DNA of 64,000 nucleotides from an uncultured Clostridia bacterium (GTDB lineage Bacteria; Bacillota; Clostridia; Christensenellales; Borkfalkiaceae): NCBI GenBank assembly GCA_947053655.1, contig CAMRTO010000006.1, positions 867 to 64,866 of the forward strand, read 5' to 3'. Shown piece by piece: positions 56,258 to 64,000 of this stretch (position 1 is its first letter; each line of letters starts with the position of its first letter). The notes under the pieces were generated by a model. It saw only the letters and a program-made list of their open reading frames with translations, ran no database searches and was not told where the DNA came from. The position numbers and the translations under genes were made by a program.

Positions 56258-59200
56258 TTAAATTTTTGTAAGCACCGTTTCTCCGAAATAGCTGTCAACC
56301 AATACAATCGTATCTCCGCTGACCGTAAACGTGCCGACCGCACTCCACTTGGTATCGTCTTCGTAGCTATAAGTTCCGCCGTTCTCCGTTATGGCTATTT
56401 CGTAGCTTTCGGCGTACCCCGCGTTCGGGTCGTCTATAGTGTAAGTTCCCGAAGTGAAATCCGAATTGACGGTAAGCGTTATTACAATTTCGGTGCCATC
56501 CAAGTCAAATATACCGGAGTATGTTTTTAAAATTCCGAGCGTTGCCTCGCCGAGGACGCCGTCCGTAAGCGATATGCTGCCGTCGGGGTTGAACATAAAC
56601 GTTACCGCCGCTTCCGCTTCTTGGAAATTTTCGTCTAAATAAACATACGTGAAGGTAAACGTTCCGTTATTGTCCGAGCATGAAACTTCGAACTTCTCCA
56701 AGCCGTAGTCGCCGTAATACGAATACTCCGCCTTACCGTTTGATTTCAGCTTCAACGTTACGGACATGCCGTTCGCGAAAGATCCGCTATAGTTGCCCGC
56801 CTGCGTTTCGTCAAACACGGCTTTGTATGTAAGCGGCAAGCTTCCGAAAAGCACCGTCTCTCCGTAAGTCACCGTCACGGTTTCGTCCGCGGCGTTTTTA
56901 TAGGTGCAGACGCTTCCGCTCTGTCCGACCAGTTTATATTCCGTTCCGCCTACGGTCAACGTACATTCGCCTATCGTCAAAATTTTCAAGGCGCCGTCGT
57001 TATACTCGTAATTGCCGCAATATTTTTCGTCTACCGCTAGTTTAACCGTTAAAGAACTTGCTCTGTATGATACGACTTCTATTACGTCGCCCGCCTGCGC
57101 GGCGAACAACTCGCCTTCGTTTAACTGCGTACCGTCAGCCATTACGTAACCGCCGCAGGTTATCAAATAATTTCCCGCCGTTTCGAACTTGAAGAAGACG
57201 CTCATGCCGTTGACGTCGTGGATGTACGTACCGTCCGTCAGAATTATTTCGTAAGGATAATTTACAGTACCCTCCGTAAGCTCGTAAGAGAACTCCGCAG
57301 TAAGCGTTCCGGTGATACCGAAATATACCTTTGTGCCCGCGGGTATGACCGCTTCGGTGACGTTTTCTATCAACGTTCCGTTTTCAAACATAAGCGTGAA
57401 CGCCGTGGAAGATTTTACCGTAACCGACTGACCGAACGTATTCTCTATATAGAAGTTTTTATTTCCGCTTATCGTCGCGGTTGCCTTAAACGTCTTTTTG
57501 CCGTCAACGGTCTCACCCGCCGTGAAAGTAAGCGTTTCCGCGTCGGCGGTCACGTCGTCCAGCGACTCGTTTACAACAACGGGTATATACGCATCGGACA
57601 TGTAAGCGACGTAGTCTCTTCCGCAATACGCTTTAACCAGCACGCTTTCTCCTGCGGGAATTCTCAAAAACTTCTTTTCGCATTCCTTTGCATTTTCGGA
57701 TTCTGCGCTCGCGTAAGTATAGCCGTACTTTTCGCCGTTATACTCGAAGCACATGTAATACGTCCTGCCCCATTTGGTTACGGAGCCGAGAGAAAGAGTC
57801 AAAGCCTTATCCGCGGGCGCCGAAACCTTTACCCATACGGGGGTATAGTCGTCTACAAGGGGTATGTTTGTCGTTCCCTCCTGCGTTATCTCGAAAGGAT
57901 TGTTCTGCGTTCCCTCGGCATAAGCCGTTTTATAATTTACCGTTGCGCCCGAAGGTACGGTTATAACAAATCCGTTTATAAGCGTAGCAACGTCTATGGT
58001 TACGGTTTTGCAAACTTTATCGGTACCGTCGTAATTTACGGTGAAATCGCTTGCGCACTCGAACGTCAAACCTACTTCTTCGCCGCCGGCGGTAAAGCCG
58101 GTATACTTGTATTCACCGCTTGCGGTTATGCTGCCCGCGCCGTCTGTAAGGGTAAGCTCGGTAGGCTCGTCGCCGTCCTTGCGCACCTCAAACAAAGCAG
58201 ACGTTACGTTAGATCTTTGTGAGGAAAATTCTATGACGACTTTATCTCCCGCGGCAAGCGTTACAAGCGGTTCTCCGTCGGTGGCAAGCTTGGTTTTATA
58301 AGCGCTGTAATCGGAACACCTTTCACCGGCATAGTACCATGCCCAATTCGAAAATCCGTAAACATTACCGTTTATCGTGCATTTTATCTGCAACGTGGTA
58401 AGCTCGTCGCCGGCAACGTTACGCAACTTTATGCGGTAATCGCCTGCGTCCTCCGCGGTAAATTCCGCGTAATAGGTTTTGTTGTAGTCGGCAGATACCG
58501 CCATTTTACCCAATGAAAGAACGTAAGGATTGGTCTGCGTGCCCATCGCTTCTTCAGCTTCGCTTACGGAGAACTTTACGTTAGCGGGTTTGGACACGGG
58601 ATAAGCGACGCCTATCAGCGTGCCTGCGTTAAGTTGAACGGGGGCAGGCAACGATGTAAACCTTATCGCGTTGGCGGTAGATTTAAGCTCCGTTTCCGAA
58701 AAATTATAGTATATAACAAGGTCGGTCTGCGCTGACGAGAACTGATAATATCCTTCCTGCGCCACCCTGTAATAGTAGTAGTAATTACCTTTGAATTCGG
58801 TAGAAGCAATTGTCTGCTCTACTCCGTCGGCAGGGAAATCGTGGATTACGACGGTATACTTTGTCAAAGTATCCGCAAGGGTAAGCTTTCCGCCCTTGTC
58901 GTATTCATATACCTCTATCGACGTATCTTGACCCGAGCCTATAATTTTAAGGTAATAAGTGTTTCTTCCCGCCAATATTTTATAAAGCCCTGTCGTGGAA
59001 TTGTAATCGTCCAAAACTATCGAATAATCGCTGAACGTCTGATACATCGAATTCGTACAGCTAAAGCTGTATTTTTCACCGAAGTAATCCGTACCCGCGG
59101 CTACGGGAAGATTTTCGGGCGGCTCCACCCCTGCGTCGTCCACGCGGGTGAATGTCAGACTCTTGCCGTAATATTCGCTTGAAGGCTGTAAGTTTGTATT

Positions 59201-60898
59201 GAAAACGTTTAAGCTTACCGCGTCGCCGTTTGCATCCAAATTGACGGTTATTTCGAAATTACCGTAACACAGCGTGTTTTTCGCCTGATCGTAACTTGCG
59301 CCCGATTTATCCAGAACCTGCTTGTTCTTAACACCGTTCGCTATAAGCACTCCGTTACCGTTTGCGTATATGCGTATTTCGGATAAATTACCGAAATCGC
59401 TAACTCCTTTTGCAGTATAAACGCCGCTGAATTTGGAAACGGGAATGGGAGCCTGAGGAACCGAAAGTCTCAATATTGCGTTAAAATTATTGTCGCCCTT
59501 CATACTGAGGACGCCTTCTTCCACTTGCTTTACTGTGTAAGTGATATAGGTGCCTTCCGTAGGTCCGGGGATTTTAAAGAATATGGAGTCCGTCTTGCCG
59601 CCCAGATACGTGAAAGAGTAATCCTTATTGTTCCAGGTAACTTTTTTGGCGTTTCTGTCAAGAGTAAGTCCGTAGTAGCCGGAAATATATTCTCCGTTCT
59701 CCCAACCCTCGGCGGGAAGCGGCTCGTCAACGCTGTCGTTGACAACCACGCCGACCTTGGTGTCGTTTGCCGTCTCTAAGGAGCGGAACAGGGTTATAGT
59801 AACCGTTTTGCCTTTATCGAGGTCGAAATAAAGTTCTTCGCCGCCGCCGACCGTTTCATCGGACAAATCTATTTTAAAGGAGCATTTTTGCGTGTTGGGG
59901 TTGAGGGCGGAAAGTCTGTACCTTCCCGTTTCCGTAGCCCTAAACACGAATTTAAGCTCCTGCGCTTCGCCGAAGGTGAAAAGGCGGCTGCCGTCCTTTT
60001 CTATTTCTTCCGCCAATAACGTCCATTTTGCATAGACCTTTGCGCTTGACTCGACGGGCGCGGTAAAGTCAAAGGGTGTAACGCAGGCAGAATCACGGAA
60101 CCAGCCGTCGAATCTCCAACCGTCCGCTTCCAAATCCGCGGGCTTTGTAACCGTTCCGCCGACTTCTATCCTCTGCGCCGCAGGTACTTTGCCGTGTTCG
60201 CTGACGAAAGTTATAAGCGGCCTCGTGTCGACCGTCCACTTCGCATAAAGCCTTAAATTTTCGGTGACGGGCGTATCGAAATTATAGGGCGTTTCTCCTT
60301 CTTCGTCCGTACACCAGCCGCCGAATATCCAGCCGTCCGCCTCCAGATCGGCAGGCTTGGAAACCGTTCCGCCAACCTCTACCCTCTGTGCCGCGGGCGC
60401 TTCCCCGTGCAGGCTTACAAAGGTTACAAGCGGTCTTTCGTCCACATTCCACTTTGCATATAAAGTTAATTCCGCGGTGACGGGCGTAGTGAAGTCGAAA
60501 AGCGTTTCTCCGCCGTCGTCCGTACACCAGCCGCCGAACAGCCAGCCGTCCGCTTCGGGATTTTGCGGCTTATTGACAAGACCGCCCTTATAAACCGTTT
60601 GGGTGGAGACGTAGGAGCCGTGTCCGTTCAAATTGAATTTAACGTTAAAATTCGCCAGACCGCAAACGTCGCACTTGCCGTCCGCGCCCTGCGCAGTCGA
60701 GTCGTTGTTAATCTCGTCCGCGTGAGAATTTTCGTTTCTCTTATCGCCGCACCCGCATTCCTGCCAGTGACGTTCCGCGGTGTACTGCCAGGAATAAGAA
60801 TGGTTGTGCTTGGTTTCGCCGGTCTTACATCCGGCGACAGCCAATGTTGCCGCAGACGCGGCAGTCAGAAGAAAAATCAATACAGATTTCTTTTTCAT
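56258..60898 (-). CDS. giant surface lipoprotein with three Listeria-Bacteroides (Flg_new) repeats
   Basis: 1546 aa. Lipobox LAVAGCK. Cys/His module HNHSYSWQYTAERHWQECGCG...GKCDVCG. Three repeats of about 71 aa of the type ...GGTVSKPADLEADGWIFGGWCTDEEGETPYNFDTPVTENLRLYAKW. The remaining 1250 aa or so are unassigned. Confidence 0.85.
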   Translation of the reverse strand: MKKKSVLIFLLTAASAATLAVAGCKTGETKHNHSYSWQYTAERHWQECGCGDKRNENSHADEINNDSTAQGADGKCDVCGLANFNVKFNLNGHGSYVSTQTVYKGGLVNKPQNPEADGWLFGGWCTDDGGETLFDFTTPVTAELTLYAKWNVDERPLVTFVSLHGEAPAAQRVEVGGTVSKPADLEADGWIFGGWCTDEEGETPYNFDTPVTENLRLYAKWTVDTRPLITFVSEHGKVPAAQRIEVGGTVTKPADLEADGWRFDGWFRDSACVTPFDFTAPVESSAKVYAKWTLLAEEIEKDGSRLFTFGEAQELKFVFRATETGRYRLSALNPNTQKCSFKIDLSDETVGGGEELYFDLDKGKTVTITLFRSLETANDTKVGVVVNDSVDEPLPAEGWENGEYISGYYGLTLDRNAKKVTWNNKDYSFTYLGGKTDSIFFKIPGPTEGTYITYTVKQVEEGVLSMKGDNNFNAILRLSVPQAPIPVSKFSGVYTAKGVSDFGNLSEIRIYANGNGVLIANGVKNKQVLDKSGASYDQAKNTLCYGNFEITVNLDANGDAVSLNVFNTNLQPSSEYYGKSLTFTRVDDAGVEPPENLPVAAGTDYFGEKYSFSCTNSMYQTFSDYSIVLDDYNSTTGLYKILAGRNTYYLKIIGSGQDTSIEVYEYDKGGKLTLADTLTKYTVVIHDFPADGVEQTIASTEFKGNYYYYYRVAQEGYYQFSSAQTDLVIYYNFSETELKSTANAIRFTSLPAPVQLNAGTLIGVAYPVSKPANVKFSVSEAEEAMGTQTNPYVLSLGKMAVSADYNKTYYAEFTAEDAGDYRIKLRNVAGDELTTLQIKCTINGNVYGFSNWAWYYAGERCSDYSAYKTKLATDGEPLVTLAAGDKVVIEFSSQRSNVTSALFEVRKDGDEPTELTLTDGAGSITASGEYKYTGFTAGGEEVGLTFECASDFTVNYDGTDKVCKTVTIDVATLINGFVITVPSGATVNYKTAYAEGTQNNPFEITQEGTTNIPLVDDYTPVWVKVSAPADKALTLSLGSVTKWGRTYYMCFEYNGEKYGYTYASAESENAKECEKKFLRIPAGESVLVKAYCGRDYVAYMSDAYIPVVVNESLDDVTADAETLTFTAGETVDGKKTFKATATISGNKNFYIENTFGQSVTVKSSTAFTLMFENGTLIENVTEAVIPAGTKVYFGITGTLTAEFSYELTEGTVNYPYEIILTDGTYIHDVNGMSVFFKFETAGNYLITCGGYVMADGTQLNEGELFAAQAGDVIEVVSYRASSLTVKLAVDEKYCGNYEYNDGALKILTIGECTLTVGGTEYKLVGQSGSVCTYKNAADETVTVTYGETVLFGSLPLTYKAVFDETQAGNYSGSFANGMSVTLKLKSNGKAEYSYYGDYGLEKFEVSCSDNNGTFTFTYVYLDENFQEAEAAVTFMFNPDGSISLTDGVLGEATLGILKTYSGIFDLDGTEIVITLTVNSDFTSGTYTIDDPNAGYAESYEIAITENGGTYSYEDDTKWSAVGTFTVSGDTIVLVDSYFGETVLTKI
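60022..60652. repeat. three tandem coding repeats of about 210 bp (Flg_new modules)
   Basis: Protein repeats at residues about 83-155, 156-226 and 227-292. DNA similarity is visible, e.g. GCCGTCCGC(C/T)TCCA(G/A)ATC.GC.GGCTT recurring near 60125 and 60335. Confidence 0.6.
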
Positions 60899-61086
60899 AC
60901 TCCATCTCCCGATAATTTATTAATATACTTTCCCAAAACCGCTGTTGTTAATGTTGCGCCGTTTCAAACGCCAAAACACTTGCCGACGCATAAAAACATC
61001 ACTGTTTCCGAAAAATTATTCATTTTTTATACATTTATACTTGCATTTATGAATAATTTACTCATTTATACAACTATATATGAATA

Positions 61087-61115
61087 ACTATACCACAATA
61101 TTTATATGCCGTCAA
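61087..61115 (-). promoter_or_regulatory. promoter of the MoxR/VWA operon (TTGACG-17-TGgTATAGT, extended -10)
   Basis: On the minus strand, TTGACG (61110-61115) and TATAGT (61087-61092) have a 17-nt spacer ending in TGG. About 190 nt upstream of the ATG at 60898 in an AT-rich spacer. Confidence 0.5.
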
Positions 61116-61182
61116 TTAAATCAATGCCAAAATATATGGAAATATATATAAATTTATATTTTTTGCATTTTGAAAGCCGAAT

Positions 61183-61211
61183 GCCGCAGGCGGAATGTTT
61201 CCGCCTGCGGC
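61183..61211 (-). terminator. hairpin terminator after rarA
   Basis: GCCGCAGGCGGAA-ACA-TTCCGCCTGCGGC, 13-bp stem about 40 nt after the stop at 61252. The U-tract is weak. Confidence 0.5.
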
Positions 61212-61251
61212 GCAGGAATTATATTATTTTTGTCTGTTGCGAAGCCAAAGC

Positions 61252-62577
61252 TTACTTCCCGTTTTTAAAATTTTTCTTCCAGTCTTTAATTTCGCGCAGG
61301 CGCGCGTTGAACTTCGCCTCAGCCCCTTCTTCAGTGGGGAAGTAATATTCCCTGCCGACCAGACTGTCTGGCAAACATTGCATATCCGTCAGCTTTTCTT
61401 CGGTATCGTGCGCATACTGATAGCCCTTACCGTAGTTCAACTCTTTCATTAATTTCGTCGGCGCGTTCCTGATAACCAAAGGAACGGGCTCGGCGACGGT
61501 CGTAAGCGCGTCCTTTTTAGCCGCGCCGTAAGCAACGTACAGTGCGTTGGATTTGGGCGCAAGCGACATATATACAACCGCTTCGGTAAGATGCACGGTA
61601 CACTCCGGCATGCCTATCAAATGGCAAGCCTGAAACGCGGCGACGGCTATTTCCAGCGCGCGCGGGTCGGCAAGCCCTATATCCTCGGCGGCGAAACGGG
61701 TAACGCGCCGCGCAATGTACAGCGGGTCCTCGCCCGCTTCCAGCATGCGCGCAAGCCAATATACCGCCGCGTCCGGGTCGGAATTGCGCATCGACTTATG
61801 CAGGGCGGAAATTATATTGTAATGCTCCTCCCCGTTTTTGTCGTACAGCAAAGATTTTTTTGAAATGCACTGCTCCAGCGTTTCCGCGGTGACCACCGTT
61901 TTACTGCCGTCGAAATTGCCGTTGAGGACCGCCATTTCAAGGGTGGAAAGCGCGCTTCTCGCGTCGCCGTTTGCAAAGGCCGCAATGCTTGCGATAAGCC
62001 CGTCGGAAATTTCCACCGTCTGCCCGCCGAAGCCGCGGGCGTCGGTCAGGGCGTGTTTTAAAAGCGCGCACAACTCCTCGGTTTTAAGCTCCTGCAAAAC
62101 GAAAACCTTACAGCGGGACAAAAGTGCGCCGTTTACCTCGAACGACGGGTTTTCCGTGGTAGCGCCGATAAGAATAATACTGCCCTTTTCCACAAACGGC
62201 AAAAACGCGTCCTGCTGCGCCTTGTTGAAGCGGTGAATCTCGTCGACGAACAGTATCGTCTTTTTGCCGAAGCGCCTGCTTTTTTCTGCTTGCTCCATTA
62301 CGGATTTAATCTCTTTTATGCCGCTGGTTACTGCGGAAAAATCCACGAAGTCCGCTTTGGTACGGTTTGCGATGATTCTGGCAAGCGTTGTTTTGCCCAC
62401 GCCGGGAGGGCCCCAGAATATCATAGAGCTTACGTTATCGCTTTCTATCAGGCGGCGCAAAACCTTTCCCTCGCCCAACAGGTGCTTTTGCCCGCAGTAT
62501 TCCTCAAGCGTTTGGGGGCGGAGCCTTGCCGCAAGCGGCTGGCTTATTTCGTTTTCGAAAAACGTTTCTTGATACAT
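61252..62577 (-). CDS. rarA: replication-associated recombination protein A (MgsA/RarA AAA+ ATPase)
   Basis: 441 aa. PLAARLRPQTLEEYCGQKHLLG, Walker A WGPPGVGKTTLA, FVDEIHRFNK, C-terminal HKSMRNSDPDAAVYWLARML. Confidence 0.92.
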   Translation of the reverse strand: MYQETFFENEISQPLAARLRPQTLEEYCGQKHLLGEGKVLRRLIESDNVSSMIFWGPPGVGKTTLARIIANRTKADFVDFSAVTSGIKEIKSVMEQAEKSRRFGKKTILFVDEIHRFNKAQQDAFLPFVEKGSIILIGATTENPSFEVNGALLSRCKVFVLQELKTEELCALLKHALTDARGFGGQTVEISDGLIASIAAFANGDARSALSTLEMAVLNGNFDGSKTVVTAETLEQCISKKSLLYDKNGEEHYNIISALHKSMRNSDPDAAVYWLARMLEAGEDPLYIARRVTRFAAEDIGLADPRALEIAVAAFQACHLIGMPECTVHLTEAVVYMSLAPKSNALYVAYGAAKKDALTTVAEPVPLVIRNAPTKLMKELNYGKGYQYAHDTEEKLTDMQCLPDSLVGREYYFPTEEGAEAKFNARLREIKDWKKNFKNGK

Positions 62578-62596
62578 TTATTATTTCCCGTTACTT

Positions 62597-63100
62597 TTAC
62601 TTCAAATTTATTTCTTTAACGCCGTCTTCTACAGTATAACACATTTCCTCGTGCTCGCTTGCGTCGGGCGCTATTTTAGAAACGTCAAGCTTTATGTATT
62701 TAACTTCAGCATTTGCAAGCACGGCTCCGCTTGTATCCGTTATAGTACACTCCGAAGTGAAAAAATTGCCGGAATTTTTTATCACGACGCCCCTGCCGAT
62801 AAGCTCGCTGTCGTAAGGAACGGGTTTGCGGAATTTCGTTTCGATGGAAAGCGTTACGTCGAAAGTAATTTCAGACAGCTCCTTTGCCCACATTGCGCGA
62901 AGTCCTATTTCGTCCAACATGGCCGTTATCATACCGCCGTGAACCCGCCCGGGATAACTTTGATGTTTTTCGCCGTAACGGAATACCGAAACGACGCTTC
63001 CGTCCTCCATATTGTAAAACGGCGCGCGCAGTCCGTAGTCGTTGTCCATGCCGCATATTATGCACATTTTGCTGTTTCTCTGTTTGCTTATTACCTTCAT
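62597..63100 (-). CDS. PaaI-family hotdog-fold thioesterase
   Basis: ATG at 63100 with SD AAGGAG. CIICGMDNDYGLRAPFY and the GRVHGGMITAMLDEIG motif. Confidence 0.7.
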   Translation of the reverse strand: MKVISKQRNSKMCIICGMDNDYGLRAPFYNMEDGSVVSVFRYGEKHQSYPGRVHGGMITAMLDEIGLRAMWAKELSEITFDVTLSIETKFRKPVPYDSELIGRGVVIKNSGNFFTSECTITDTSGAVLANAEVKYIKLDVSKIAPDASEHEEMCYTVEDGVKEINLK

Positions 63101-63254
63101 ACGTCTCCTTATTTTCAACCGCCTTTTGCGGCGTAACGTTGTATGCAACGTATAAATTATAACAGTTATAAACGCCTTATGTCAACAAGCCGCCGCCTCA
63201 TAAAAAAGAACAGTACGTTTTCCGTTGCGAAAGCCGTACTGCCCGTTTTGTCAA

Positions 63255-63800
63255 TTATATACACCGCGCGAACGCCGTTTCTTTAAGCGGAAAGGCCCCG
63301 TCCAAAAGCTTGCGCGCCGCTTCAATATCCGCTATGGGTACTTTTAAGATTTTGCCGCCTTCTATTATAAGCTCAAGCTTGCCATAGTTCAATAAATCGC
63401 TTGGCGTATAGGGCGGTTTTGCTCCGTCCGTAATTTTGGGAATGAAAGTAAAACTTTTTATTTCGGAAAAATCTATGTTGTAATATCCCCAAATGAAAAA
63501 TTTTGGATTCGCGTATACCACAAGATAATCTTCATATACGGCAAAGCAAACTTTATTTCTTACGGTTATTTGCACTACTTTACCGTAAAGATATACCGCC
63601 GCCAATACCGCCGAGCTTGCACCGTAGGCTATCCAGACGGCGGTCATGTTAATATTTTTTCTGAACTGCATATAAAGCATCAACGCGCATATAGTCAGAA
63701 TAACGAACAATGCGGTTACAAATACAAGATAAAAAGGATGCGTTCTTCCCTTTACCGTGCCTTTGCAGCCGACAAATTTATCAGCCGAAACTCTCTTCAT
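63255..63800 (-). CDS. membrane protein, possible bacterial PH-like C-terminal domain
   Basis: 181 aa. Two TM segments (FYLVFVTALFVILTICALMLY, AVWIAYGASSAVLAAVYLY) followed by a soluble beta-rich tail. Family call is tentative. Confidence 0.45.
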   Translation of the reverse strand: MKRVSADKFVGCKGTVKGRTHPFYLVFVTALFVILTICALMLYMQFRKNINMTAVWIAYGASSAVLAAVYLYGKVVQITVRNKVCFAVYEDYLVVYANPKFFIWGYYNIDFSEIKSFTFIPKITDGAKPPYTPSDLLNYGKLELIIEGGKILKVPIADIEAARKLLDGAFPLKETAFARCI

Positions 63801-64000
63801 AAACTACTCCGGTAAACCAGGAAGCAAACCCTCTTGCATCAACTTCGAGTAATTGGTTCCAATATTCGTCGAAGTTGCTTTTGTCTTCTTCCAGCTCTAT
63901 ATACGGCTGTTTCCAATCGTTAAGCGTATCTTCGTCTATCAGAACAATAGGGCGTTCCACATAAAAGAATGTACCCGTATAATTGCCGCCGTAATTGTAA
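63781..64000 (-). CDS. 3' end of an ORF entering from beyond the window (SMI1/KNR4-like end, tentative)
   Basis: Hand translation gives ..YNYGGNYTGTFFYVERPIVLIDEDTLNDWKQPYIELEEDKSNFDEYWNQLLEVDARGFASWFTGVVYEESFG then a stop. Overlaps the next gene start by 20 nt. Confidence 0.4.
   Translation of the reverse strand, partial: YNYGGNYTGTFFYVERPIVLIDEDTLNDWKQPYIELEEDKSNFDEYWNQLLEVDARGFASWFTGVVYEESFG

Noticed and set aside
57218-58222. 334-aa plus ORF
   Set aside because: It lies antisense to the 1546-aa lipoprotein gene. Its Arg-rich composition is typical of a shadow frame.
1-64000. tRNA, rRNA, transposase/integrase, prophage or toxin-antitoxin modules
   Set aside because: I scanned intergenic regions and the ORF list and found no cloverleaf-like sequences, rRNA-like stretches, DDE or tyrosine-recombinase motifs, or phage structural genes. 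The only mobile-looking signal is the AT-rich RHS cassette.

Overview
64-kb chromosomal segment with Firmicutes/Clostridia-like gene order, coded almost entirely on the minus strand. The core (5080-21500) is a complete S10-spc-alpha ribosomal-protein supercluster, rpsJ to rplQ, including secY-adk-map-KOW-infA-rpmJ. rpmJ and rpmD are under 60 aa and were found by hand. Left flank: rpmE, a DUF1385 gene that reads in frame into a prmC-like N-terminus at the window edge, an MDR-type dehydrogenase, cardiolipin synthase and a YfcE-like phosphodiesterase. Right of the ribosomal cluster, in order: a coupled pair of COG0523 (CobW-like) GTPases, one with six HECCHGHHHH repeats and one lacking CxCC but ending in a DUF1980-like CCxxD domain; a membrane-anchored KPAA-repeat/DUF2188 protein; tcdA; a PuuR-like regulator plus potABCD; and a small pectin set (SGNH esterase lipoprotein, GH28, AEC transporter). 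Two accessory loci look most worth follow-up. (i) An AT-rich three-gene cassette at 37453-44414: holin-like membrane protein, 1899-aa signal-less RHS/YD toxin with an HExxH plus TM C-terminal tip, and a lipoprotein. (ii) An eight-gene operon at 44606-60898 in which MoxR AAA+, DUF58 and two BatA-N/VWA membrane proteins sit among four large unassigned envelope proteins. The window ends with rarA, a PaaI-type thioesterase and two small ORFs. Non-coding highlights: a 4 x 65-bp tandem repeat array in the rpmJ-rpsM spacer, GC-rich structured spacers inside the S10/spc operon, and several exact-consensus sigma-A-type promoters, some with long leaders. No rRNA, tRNA, CRISPR, transposase or integrase genes were recognised. 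All family assignments come from motif recognition by eye with no database search. Hand-derived coordinates (small genes, promoters, hairpins) may be off by 1-2 nt.
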